From: Takakia lepidozioides
Lineage: Eukaryota; Plantae; Bryophyta
Direction of reading: 5' to 3'
Assembly: GCA_030704615.1 (NCBI GenBank)
Contig: CM060731.1
Location: forward strand, 71,052,001-71,116,000
DNA length: 64,000 bases
A program made the translations under genes and the position numbers. Shown here one piece after another: positions 25,813 through 37,840 of the stretch. Every line of letters starts with the position of its first letter. The stretch's first letter is position 1. Below the pieces are notes generated by a model. The model was not told where the DNA came from, did not search any database, and was given only the letters and a program-made list of their open reading frames with translations.

Positions 25813-27080
25813 TACCAACAGTGTGCGTTGGCGCACACCGTTTGAGCCCACCTTGTCACTGTTTTTTCCCTGTGAAATTCGGCAATACAGGGCATGTCTC
25901 TGAGGTTCAATGAACACTTACCTGGCAGTCCAAACAGTGTGCGTCAACGCACACTGTTTGAGCTCACCTTGTCATTGCCTTTGTCATCTGAAAATCGGCC
26001 ACATAGGGTTTGTCTTTGAGGATCAATCATCACTTACCTCGCAGCTCAAACAGTGTGCGTTGGCGCACATTGTTTGAGCACACCTTGTCACTGTTTTTTC
26101 GGTGTGAAATTCAGCAATACAGGGCATGTCTCTGAGGTTCAATGAACACTTACCTGACAGCTCAAACAGTGTGCGTCAACGCACACTGTTTGAGCTCACC
26201 TTTGTCATCTGAAAATCGGCCACATAGGGTTTGTATTTGAGGATCAATCATCACTTACCTGGCAGCTCAAACAGTGTGCGTTCGCGCACACTGTTTGAGC
26301 ACACCTTGTCAATGTTTTTTCCCTGTGAAATTCGGCAATACAGGGCATGTCTCTGAGGTTCAATGAACACTTACCTGGCAGCTCAAACAGTGTGCGTCAA
26401 CGCACACTGTTTGAGCACACCTTGTCACTGTTTTTTCCCTGTGAAATTCGGCAATACGGGGCATGTCTCTGAGGTTCAATGAACACTTACCTGGCAGCTT
26501 GACGCACAGTGTTTGAGCTCACCTTGTCATTGCCTTTGTCATCCGAAAGTCGGCCACATAGGGTTTGTATTTGAGGATCAATCATCACTTACTTGGCAGC
26601 TCAAACAGTGTGCGTTGGCGCACACTGTTTGAGCCCACCTTGTCACTATTTTTTCCCTGTGAAATTCGGCAATATAGGGCATGTCTCTGAGGTTCAATGA
26701 ACACTTACCTGGCAGCCCAATCAGTGTGTGTCAACGCACACTGTTTGAGCTCACATTGTCAATGCCTTTGTCATCCGAAAATCGGCCACTAAGGACTTCT
26801 CTTTGAGGTTCAATGAACACTTACCTGGCATGTCTCTGAGGTTCAATGAACACTTATGTGGCATGTCTCTGAGGTTCACTGAACACTTTCCTTGCAGCTC
26901 AAACAGTGTGCGTCAACGCACACTATTTGAGCTCATTTTTTTTATTTTTTTTCATCTGAAAATCGGCCACTAAGGGCTTCTCATTGAGGTTCAATGAACA
27001 CTTACGTGGCATGTCTTTGAGGTTCAATGAACACTTACCTTGCAGCTCAAATAGTGTGCGTCAACGCACACTGTTTGAGC
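25813..27080. repeat. Tandem array of the 36-bp palindrome GCTCAAACAGTGTGCG-TCAA/TTGG-CGCACACTGTTTGAGC, 11 copies, mostly 116-bp period
   Basis: Centres at 25828, 25944, 26060, 26176, 26281, 26397, 26499 (partly deleted), 26615, 26731, 26913, 27061; two alternating spacer types. Confidence 0.95.
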
Positions 27081-27171
27081 TGACCTTTTCTTCCACACAT
27101 GGCCTGCTCAAACACCATCGTCTCATGCCTCACTCTTATATCAATTTGAATGGACAACCCTGCAGGAGAAG

Positions 27172-30100
27172 ATGCAAAGTGTGGCGGAGGAGATCCCTTC
27201 GGGGCTGGGGAAGGAGATCATTGTTGATGTTGACGATGAGTTCTATGAAAGCAAAGCCGCTGAGATGCTGGGGGGTCAGAAGGTAAACTCTCAGCTTGTG
27301 GTGCAAAGTATGCTTGCCCCGGGTGGGAGGTTGAAGATTCCCCTGTGTAGGATGGTTTCCATGCCCGTCGTTCGACCACCCCTCATCAAGGACATTCTCA
27401 AGCTAGAGGCCGAGTTTGTTCATGGGTATTTGGATGGATCCGCAATGTTTTACGTTTGTACAAAGGATTCCAGAGGCAATGAGCTCCTTGTGGATGAGTC
27501 AATCGTGGACTCCTGGGATCCTATTTGGAGACAGGTGAACGAATCCTTCGAACTTCTTCTCTCCAGGAAACCTTCCACCCAGGCATTCTCGGGGAAGATG
27601 TTTCACGTTTGGGATGGGAACCACCGGTTGCTTGCATGGATGGCTGTTATTGGGAGGCTGCACTCACAGGAGGAAGAGTGGCATTACTCTGTTCGATCGA
27701 TGGTGCTGGATTGTGAGGGGAACATGATGGGTCTTCTGATGGCAATAAATGATGTGAACAGGTTGGTTTCTCATCCTACATGTTCCACTTGTAGTTCCGT
27801 GGTTCTTTGATTAAAGTCCTTGAATTTCATTCTGACTTTCAGATATCATTCTGCAGCATGTTCCCCAGGCCGAAGAAAGAGAAGAAGACCCAGCGTGTCA
27901 TTCCTGTCAGTGACAATGTGCTGGACACATGGCTTCACAAGGCCACTTACTGGAGCCAGGTGTGATGTCCTTTCCTGTGTCACTTTCTTTTCTCTTTTCC
28001 TGTCCTTCTCTTTCCATTGCCTCTCACATTCGCTGTGATTTTTTTTGGGTTCATTCTTGCATTTGAATTGTTTTGCAGTTGGAAGAAAGGGCACGGTCAG
28101 TTCTGCATACTCAGCTGGCTGACTATGGCATCACTATAACAGCACCGAAGGTCTCCTTCGAAGCATACATGAGGAAATGGAGAGCCACAGTGTGGCACTC
28201 TTGTTTCTTTAGAGAGTTTAGCAAGTAGGGTGGCATCAGTCGAACACATGACCTTGACCAGCAAGAAAAAGGAGAGGAAGCCTGGAAACGATGCCTTTAC
28301 AGGTGCACACCCTAGGCCGTTCAGGCTACTTAGTGTGCTGTGGTTGCAATGTACTGTGACGCATACAGTTTAAGGGGGTCTTCCTGGTGTGATGGAAAAG
28401 CTGAGAGACAATAATTGCATTGCATAATGAGGCTGTCTCTGTTCCTGCAGGTACATAAAGTTTGTTCTCATGGAAGAGAATTGCTTGGACAAACATCCAG
28501 ATTTCGTGGACCTCTGGCTTGTCCCTGCTGGCAATCAGACCATGTTTACTACTGGGATCTTGCATGACAGGGGCCCAGACCATCTTTCTTCTTGTGGTTG
28601 GTATTTGGATTGCCCTCCTTCTGAGACCCCAGCTCCGGAGGTGTCTTTGAGGAGAGAGAATGAGCGAATTGCAGCCACTGCCGCAGCAGCCAACCTCGAC
28701 ATTCATGAACGAAATTTGAGACTCTTGCAGAGAAGGAGCCTCCCGCTCAGGATACCCCGGGTAGAGGTAGAAAGGCAAAGGGAAAAGATGTTACAGGTGT
28801 TGTGGGGAAAGGAAGGGGTAGAGGGAAGGTGGCACAAGGGCAGGGAAGTGTTGCAGATATTGGCCCAGTGGTGCATGTCCAGCAGACTCCACCGCATGGT
28901 AGGGGATCCGTGAGAAAGAACAAGGGGGTGGTTGATCCCAAGGACCCGTACCATGCAGTGGAACATCCGACGAGGGTCATTCGCCCTACCAGGTTGGAGA
29001 TGGCCAACGTCGGATTCCTTGCCATGATGGAGTCCAAGAAATCTGATTACAAGGGCGAGCCATCACCAGTATGGGAGAGGATTGTAGAGTTCCTCGGCAC
29101 GGTGCATGTTCTCTTTTGCTTCTTCTCTGCAGTGGGCATGGATCGTTTCAATCCTCTTGAGTATTCCATTGTACTTTTGTTTGCAGGCTAAAATGACCAA
29201 ATCCTGGGTGAACGAGAAGGAGAAGCAATATGCAACCGAACTCATAATCTTGGACATCCCTGATGGGTTGGCAGTCCCGGATGTCCCTCCATCGGGTGCT
29301 TGTCCGGGTTGGAATGCTTTTGATGAGCGCTACTGGCGGTGGGTTTTCTCCTTTTGCAATTTTTTCCTGTCCGATGCAGGTGTTTTGGTGCTCATACAGT
29401 CCACCGACGTTCACTGTCGCCGTGCACTTGCCAGCTATTTGAAAGCCTCGGGCATGAGAGTCCTGAAGACATGGAATTGTGTGAACAGCATGTACCTTAC
29501 GAAGGGGGATCGTCCGGGAGAGATGGTAAATTTGCCTTCTTCTTCCTCTTCTTGGTGGTTCTCGGATGGAGTTGTGTAGGTCGCTCGAACTCATATGTAG
29601 GGGCCTGATTTTTTAAGCTTCTTAGTTCCTTCTGGATGTGTTGTTCGCAGACTCGTTTGTTTGAAGCTGTTTGTCTCATCCGAGTGCATCCACCAACGAC
29701 TCCCCGGCATTTCGGAGTTCGCCATCACTCATGGGGGCAAGTTCATAGACGACAGGACAGATCCTCCCACGGATGACATGCACCACAACTACGTCGACAG
29801 CAATGTCTGCTTGCAAAGGGGGAATGGGGTTCCTTGGAGAGGGGCGAGGGAGAGGAGCCCAGCTATATTCAAACGATTGTGGAGTGCTGCACCTACACAG
29901 ACGCCAGAGTTATGGATTTGTCAATGGGCACAGGTTTGTCTCTTCAACATTCGGATTTCAGGAGGTTTGATTGAGCTTGCACTTTCAGTACTTCCCACCG
30001 TTCCATATGTGTCTTCAATGTCTGCTTCCTTCATTCTATTCCACTGCAGGTGCTTCGTACCACGCTTGCAAGGCCAGTGCGCGACATCTCTTTGGGATTG

Positions 30101-30243
30101 AAGGGGATGCTGAGATTTACAAGAACCTCCTGATGGGTTTGGGTGGACACACTTCTCAAGTCCTTCCGAAGCCCCGTCCCGCTGATATTGATACAGAGGA
30201 GACTTTCGACAAGGAGCTGGACTCCGACTTTGCCTGTGAGTAA
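27172..30243 (+). pseudogene. ParB/Srx-like + beta-class N4C/N6A DNA methyltransferase-like fusion gene, copy 2 (most complete; frameshifted)
   Basis: First large exon to ~27761 has FHVWDGNHRLLAW. Later exons: YIKFVL...HLSSCGWYLD; ELIILDIPDG...GWNAFD...FLSDAGVLVL; PWRGARERSP...VMDLSMGT|GASYHACKASARHLFGIE. GT-AG introns. Confidence 0.8.
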
Positions 30244-30377
30244 GTTCAACTTGTGGATGCTTGCATTGTTGTTTCAATATCGAGAATCACTGTTCTTGAG
30301 GCAAAGTTCACATGGCAGACATCCTCTTCGTTGGACTTGTGTATTGCATATTGTGTTCTGAATGGGTTTTTGTCGAC

Positions 30378-30626
30378 ATGTGCAGGAGTCCGCGTGCTTC
30401 CACTTGCCCTCTAGGGCTATCACACCTATTTGGACTTCTTTCCAGTCCTCCTCGGTCTTGCGTGCTACCTGTCTATGCGGAGGCACTCGCAACAAGCATG
30501 ACCGTTCATGGCACTCGGAGTCCACCCATCGACGGCCGTGGTAGAAGACGTGGTGTTGGGGCCAGAATCTTTGTGGATGACATAGCACAGGAGGTCGAGA
30601 CTGATTCTGATGACTGTGACACTTGA
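30378..30626 (+). CDS. Small ORF with basic patch and acidic tail downstream of MTase copy 2
   Basis: GRGRRRGVGARIFVDDIAQEVETDSDD, similar to the motif in the 12003-12389 ORF. Confidence 0.3.
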   Translation: MCRSPRASTCPLGLSHLFGLLSSPPRSCVLPVYAEALATSMTVHGTRSPPIDGRGRRRGVGARIFVDDIAQEVETDSDDCDT

Positions 30627-31161
30627 TATGAAGTTTTCTTTTGGTTTTATTCGGGGCCAAATTTGAAATGGGATGGTTGTGTGTCCTTGTTGTCCTGTTT
30701 GCAATGTATGCGTGGAATGCACATTAATGGGAACAAACTATTGTTGGAGATGGGGGTTGCGTGGACTGCCCGGATTGTTCCTTCAATCCATTTAGTGTTT
30801 TCTGGACCTCATTGCAAAAACAAACAAACGACTTTGGTTCGTGTACAACATTCTCGCATCATTTGGTCGTTGGTCTCCAAACCATTCCTGCTAGAAGAAT
30901 GGTTGTGAATCCATCACGGTGAAGTCCACCTCATCAAAGAGCTGTGAGGCATTCTCAAATCTAATGAGCATCCATGATGCTCCCGCACATACCTGGCATG
31001 TTCGCAAGGGTGGTGAGTAAGAAAAGATTTCGCAGGGTTTCGCTTTAGATCATGTCAGTGTGCACCTCCTCACGACGTACCCACATAAACTTGTGAGGGC
31101 TTGGTATGTTGATAACGTCTGCATGGATGCAATGGATACAATGGATGTAACATATCCACTC

Positions 31162-31777
31162 TGCATTCCCGGGAAATGGCTGATCAACCCGCGGATATAG
31201 GTGACACCCGCGGAAATAGGCCCTGTATGTATGCTGACGTGGCGTGAGCCTGTGCTGGGCTCACGGTTTCCTGGGCTCACAGGCTCACGGCTCCAGGCTC
31301 ACGGAATAACACCCCCTATATGACGCATCAATACTTATGTCGTAGTTTGGTTTCATGTATGAATACCAATCATACTATATTATTACATATACCAAATGTA
31401 CTATGAATGAGAGGGGGTGGAAAAAGACTCACCTTTGCCACATCCGCAATCAGGTTCTTCTTGTAATGCTCTTCGACAACATGCGGTTGCCGCCTCGGTG
31501 GTCTGGTGCCGCCCGGCGGTATCATTGCCCAACACTTAGTGCACCAACACTCAATCCTTTCGGGGGATGCTGAAGCGTGAGCATGTGAGTGCGTGAGCGC
31601 AGCCACGCTCACGCCACGTCAGCATTGCCACCTAGGCAGCCATGTCTGACTCCTCGTCATCACACCCTGCCAGCTTGGTAGACGCCACGTCACGGCAGGT
31701 TGACGTCAATTCCATAGGCAGCGACCTATAACCGCGGGCCGAAAAGGTATAAGGGGGCCCATAGCCGCGGAATTGCA
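31162..31777. mobile_element. Possible MITE with imperfect inverted ends
   Basis: ccgcggatataggt / acctataaccgcgg and tgctgacgtggcgtgagc / gctcacgccacgtcagca inverted pairs; no TSD. Confidence 0.35.
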
Positions 31778-32011
31778 CATTCGGCACATAGGGAACATAT
31801 GTGGGCGATGTTGTTGAATGATTGTGTTTGCAGAGACCGAATATACAATGGTTGTGGATGAATTAATGAGGATGATAGACAGTGAATGTGGATGCCTGTT
31901 AGAGGACTGTCAGGGACTTAGACATACGGGATCTGTAGGGTACCCTTAATTTTTGCACAGACTGAGACCAACAGGAGCCTTAGGGGTGACAGCAGCGCAC
32001 TGTAGAGGGGG

Positions 32012-32225
32012 GTTACACAGCCCGTCACAGTCGTCACAGCCGACACAGCCAACACAGCCCGTCACAGTCGTCACAGCAGACACAGCCGACACAGCCAACA
32101 CAGCCCGTCACAGTCGTCACAGCCGACACAGCCGTCACAGCCGACACAGCCCGGCACAGCCACACAGCCAGTCACAGCCCGTCACAGTTTCACACAGCCA
32201 GTCACAGCTTGACACAGCTGTCACG
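32012..32225 (+). repeat. (GTC)ACAGCC degenerate minisatellite, probably retroelement-derived
   Basis: Many cacagcc units following a purine tract agaggggggt; similar repeats at 61775-62105. Confidence 0.7.
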
Positions 32226-34063
32226 ATCATAGGGAACGAAGAGTAGGACAGGGAACGACTGTGGGGAACAACACCTGCGAAGGGAACATGTTAGTTCACA
32301 GACGACGGTTAGCGAGGGAAACGGTTAGAACCACGGATAGGAAGATAAAGGGAGAAACGGGGAATTGAGGGATATGATTCGGAGGAGGACTTCTTGGTCA
32401 TGGAGGAGAGGGGATCGGGCAGAGATGAAGAACGGAAGTGAAGATAGAGAGATGATGAGTAGATGCTTGATATATGCAAGGCTGTAATGATATTGTAGAG
32501 CAGATTAGAGACACAATGGCTTCGACCTGATACCTGATAAATCATAATCGGATACTTTTACGATACAATCACACTGTGTAGAGAGATCTGAGTGAAGCTG
32601 TGGAATGAATGGATGAGTTGATGGAATCCAATAGATTGATAAAGCAAACTGATACTTAATTATCAATGGTAAGATAGCTAACATGAATACCAAAAGGGAA
32701 ACAAATAGGAAACACCCCCATGATACACTAGCTGTAGGTCATGACTGATTGTTCTGCGCGGGCTGAGTACTTAGAGATTTCCAACTCTTCTATCTTGGAG
32801 TTTCCGCCTCGAATAGCGAAGGGATGGGTGAGTAAAAGCCGCGCGACAATGCCACGCTGCGAATGTGGATGAATGTGGATGAAAAGTTATGGATGAATGT
32901 GGATGAAATCTAATGGATGAATGGGAGTGGATGAATGTGCAATGAGAAAATCCCTCATGAAGCACATGATAAGATTTAACCAATGTCTGTCATTTGGGGA
33001 AAGGTCGGCCGATGAAACCTACGTAGAATAAGACAACACAGAAGATGCCATGCACATATTCCATTCTTTGATATTTTCCCACTGGTTACTGGAGCATTTT
33101 CCATGTGCAGCACGCTTCACTTTTGTTTTCCTCTTTAGTGTCGACACATAGTGAGCCATTTGAGCACCACACTGGAGGAACGCACCATATTACCACACTG
33201 AAGTGGCTGTGGACTGTCAGTGCGACCTGGTCGCCTTGCTAGTGAGGTACAATGTGCTAATGTCTCTCGATAGAGCACCAACATTTTCAAGCTTATTCAT
33301 TAGTTGTAAGCATACCCATTAAAGTTATGCATGACGAGTTCTAGGTCTTTCACATTGTGCAACAAAATTTTGACGAAACCACTTGGCAGCACATGCGTAC
33401 TCTTCTTGTTTGACCCAAAACCAATGTTAGGCATCAGTGTCGTGCCCTTGATCTAGCGCTGAAGCCGATAGTGCATACATACTACAGCCATAAGGCTTGC
33501 ACCTAAAATGTTTGCTCATGCAAAATGACAGAGTGATGCGAAATGAAGACATAAATACAGATAGAAGTCATATTTGCAAATGCATACAAGCCTCGAAATT
33601 GAGGAACGAGCGTTCAACGACATTACTAGGAACACACATGCGTATGCAGGCATTGTATTACATAAATGTGTGGGAACACAATAGGTGTGGCACTTGCCAC
33701 ATGCCCAGAACCAAAACCGGACTACATTGACGCATGGTCTCAATCACTACAACTATCCCCTGAAACTGTGGCACTATCATCCATGAAAACCCGAGCTCCT
33801 AGGTGCCTTTTCTGCTTCCAAGCACACGGGGGAGATTTGTTCAATAACTGTTGTCAAGCAATGGCCTCGGTGTACTGGCAGGATGTACGAACGTGGAGGG
33901 CTGCACCAAAAGTCAGACTTAAAAACACAGACGTCGTGCAAAGGAATAGCTTCCAATGTCCTGACAACCAACGTGAACGCAATGCATTAGCGAACATAGA
34001 AGAAAAGGGAATGGTGGGGGGGTTGTGTTCGAGAACTAAGGTTCATACAGAATTTCAACTTAC

Positions 34064-35707
34064 TCACATGCGAAATCATCGTCCAGGTCTTTGTCGTCCC
34101 CTTCGTTGATATCCACATGCACTATACCCTCCTGTTCCTAGACGGCAGGGGGTGGCTCTTGCAAGCTTGCAATGATGTCATTGAAATATCCGCATCCCCT
34201 TCCATACCAACCAAATGCCTGCCCCCCAGCCTTGCAAGCATGGTACGAAGCGCCTGCAAGACGCTGTACTGTTAGCAAGATGTAACAAACTTTGCAACAA
34301 GAAGAGAATACCAGAGAATGATCGGGGTCTAACCTGTCCCAAGAGTGAGGTCCACGATGCGCAACTCCGGATGAGAGCATGTCTCTATAATTGTCTGAAT
34401 AAAAGTTGGGCTCTTCTCCTTCGCCCCTCTCCATGGTGTGGAATTGGACTTTCTCAAACACATTACAATCCACGTAGTTGTAGTGAATGTCGTCCACCAC
34501 AGGATCAAACCTGTCGTTGATAAAACAACCTCCCCCCTGAAGCATGAATTCCTTCACTGACGCAGGAATGGAAGGAGGGCGAATCCTGACGAGGCACACG
34601 GCTTCAAAAAGGCGGGTTTGCACAAAAAGACATCATGAAGCACATAAGAGCAGATATGATTCAAAATCCCAAAAAGATGAGAGCAATTTGACCCCTCCGG
34701 AATTGAGCGCGTCAACGCACTCAATTCCGGAGGGGTCAAATTGCACACGAATTGAAGCAAGAAAGAGAAGGAGGATTACCAGATAGCTTGCAATCTCCCG
34801 ACGACATTTCGTAGTGATGGATTGAATCATAACCAGAACCCCTCCATCCGACAGAAAGAACTTGCAAAAAGAGAAGACCCACCGCCAGTACCTTTCGTCA
34901 AATGCATTCCAGGTTGGGCAAGTGCCAGTGGGGAGAATGTCTGGTACCGCCTGCCCGTCCGGAATGTCAACAATCACCATGTCTGCAGCACACGGTTTCT
35001 GAGCACCATTCACCCAATCCCGCCCTGACGAAACCTGCAAACAGCGCCGACAAAAATTTAAAACCACATCGAAGATGGGAAATTTGCAACAGTGAAGATG
35101 GGAAATTTGCTTACCGACTCCATAAAAGCACTCATCTTAACCCACGTTGGAGAGGGATCTCCAGTGTAACCACCTTTCCTGGTCTCCATCATGGCAAGGA
35201 AGGAGTCGTTCACAAGCTCGCATCTGCATTCTCGGTTGATTCAGGATGAGTGCTCCACTGCGTCATATGGCTCAAACTTCCCCTTGCGTTTGCGATCCTT
35301 GGTTGTAATTGGGGTCTGGGCACCAACACCTACTGCAGCATCCCCTTGGGTGCTCTTCTCCTTCCCTTTGTGCCCTTCCCCTTCCCCTTCCCTCTCGCCA
35401 GAGTGTTAGTGGCTGCAAGTTCCTTCTCAGCGAGGTTTTGTAGGTTTCTGTTATGCAATTCCTTGTCTGTTAGAGGAGCCAAGGACTCCACATTGTTATT
35501 CTGGTTCCGTGTCTGCAACCTATACCATGGGCAATCTGATTTGGGTATGTCGAGATACCAGCAGCAGTCCTTGAGGTGATATCTACCGTAATCCCTGAGG
35601 GTTGCTGCAGTGTACATGGTCTGGCTGTTGGAGGAGTCAGCCCACAAGTCGATGAAGCCTGGGTACTTGCTGAGGTTGTTCCCAGGAATCAAAATGTTCT
35701 TGATATA
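34064..35707 (-). pseudogene. Beta-class DNA methyltransferase-like gene, copy 3 (ParB exon missing)
   Basis: YIKNIL...HLKDCCWYLD; DMVIVDIPDG...WNAFDERYWRWVFSFC; TRLFEAVCL; GASYHACKA. Highly similar to copy 2. Confidence 0.8.
34683..34744. repeat. 62-bp intronic hairpin with TCAA centre (related degraded sites at 35779-35796 and 35974-36013)
   Basis: gcaatttgacccctccggaattgagcgcg-tcaa-cgcactcaattccggaggggtcaaattgc: 29-bp arms, 1 mismatch. Confidence 0.9.
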
Positions 35708-36586
35708 CCTAGAAAACAATGCAGGCACAGTATCAGAAAGTGGAGGAGAAACTACATGATGTGTGGCCCCTGAAATCTGTGTGCGTCAATGCACACTTTT
35801 TGACAAACACGCACACAACGGGAAAACCCCTTAAGAAACGTCATAGGACCATTGAATGTAGAGGTCAGACAACCAGAACTCATAACATGAAAAAACAACC
35901 AGATAGGCAGCGGGTCTCCAAGAAATGAACCTGCATTGAATGAGACATAGGGAGAACAGTCCAAAGATCCAACCCTCCAAAAATGCATGCGGTGACGCAC
36001 TCAATTTTGGAGGTCCTAAAGGTAGAAGGTGAACCTGCTTAGTTCAAATGACCCACCTGTACACGACCCTTTTCATGGCTCCCTCGGCTCCGAACTGCTG
36101 CTTCGAACTCTTTTGTGCAGGATATGCCCCCCTACCTGGCGAACTCTCTGAAGAAACCGTTACTCCACGATGTCGCCTTCCACTTTCTCAAGTAACACTA
36201 CAACAAAAAGCGGCTTTTACGTCTCTGTGTTATGACTGCAAAATGACTGAATGGGTGGCGTCACTTGGTGTGCTATGACATGACTGGAAATGTTAGATGG
36301 TGCCCTGTCATGGGCTGTTTATGTCTTTAATTGACAATGACTCTAGTTGGTCTTGTCCATGTCTTGATATGACATGAGTATCTTCCCACTCTTCCTGTTC
36401 CAGTGTACTTAGTGGTTTTTGTACACACTATCTACCGTCTTCCCTTATTGTTATTGCCTCACCTTTGTGACTTACTGCCAAGTTGCTTGGATGGCCTGGC
36501 AGAAAGCCAACAAGGCCATATCTGAGTGGAAAGATGAGCTTAAGGCCCTTTGATATCAGCTGCCCCTGCCCCCTCCTATTCCAGCA

Positions 36587-37840
36587 GTGCAAGCCACATT
36601 TGCACAAGTCAAATCAGGTGAATTTCATGCTGTTGTACAAAAGCTGGAATCTGAAGCTATTGAAGATGCCGGTGATAACCGACCTGTCTTATTACTCGAA
36701 ACACTAGCTTTGGAGGACTGGGTTGCTCTTGGCATTATGGTAAACAAGAATGGGATGTGGCTGGAAAAACTCCAGAAATACCACTCTAGGTTACTGGCAG
36801 TATTGGAGGATGATGCTACTGAGATTGCTGCTTGGGAAAAGAAAGGCTCCTCAATTGAGGATGCCCTTCGGATGGCTAACAATGAAGATGCCTTACCTGT
36901 GTCCACCCAGAAGTCCTCGACCACTGTTGAAAAGGAATTTGTACCCACAGTGATCAATCACCCAATTTTGGGTTTTATGGACGTACCGGATGAAGAGAAG
37001 GAAACTGTAAAAGACTTTTTTGATCAGGTCGTGCTTTCTCAAGTGGAACAGGATCGGGTTGCAGGGGCTACACCAGGTAACCAGCAATTCATCCCCTAGT
37101 TACCCCCTAGGGCAGTTGAGCTTGAGGTTGCCAATAATGACCATATGATGTGGCATCCATTGGCCAACATCAATCTGTTGGCCCCTATTTCGGTTGATAT
37201 GTGGGTCAAATGGGGCAACATAACACCGAACGAACGAAACCAATGTGCACAAGATGCCAAAGACAGCTTCCAAAGGTTCAAAAAAGACCCAATTGCCCTT
37301 GCATGGCCTGTACGGACCTTTTACTATAAACTTTGTGACCAAGGTGAGAACTGGACCTTGCGAACCAAGAATGACTTACCTACTGGTCCAGCCAGATCTA
37401 AGAATCACAAAAGTCAGCTGTTTAACTGGCATAGGCCTTACATTCGATGTAATTGTGGGTCTGGAAATGCATCATCTCGTTGTGTTGGAAGTTTTTCTTG
37501 GTTTGACCATTTGGTATGGTACATGTTGAATAACCTGACGGTTTTCTTCCCTGATGATACATACCCTTCTATTCAAACCAAGTATTACAATTTTCTGGTA
37601 TGGATCATGAAGGCCGCCAGATCCGCCGTTCTGGCACAAATCACTTTCCAGATGATACGGGAATTCATCATGGAGGCAGCCTGTGAATTTGCAGCTGACC
37701 CCAATGCTAAGTTACTTGTCAGATTGGGCGATTCCAAGATAGCAAGATACATTGAAAGGATGCTGAAACCTGGTACTTTCTCAGACAGCCAGCCCTCTCC
37801 CTCTCCCTCTCTCTCCCACTCTCTCCATCTCTCTTATTAA
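36587..37840 (+). pseudogene. Orphan ~415-codon reading frame with one internal TAG (37097-37099)
   Basis: ORFs 36587-37099 and 37145-37840 share a frame; Trp/Cys/His-rich C-terminal half; unrecognised. Confidence 0.45.

Noticed and set aside
25813-27080. CRISPR array (36-bp repeat)
   Set aside because: The ~80-bp spacers are of two alternating types; it is a tandem repeat
27172-30243. Bacterial or phage contamination as the source of ParB-MTase
   Set aside because: The genes have GT-AG introns at shared positions and are interleaved with plant transposons
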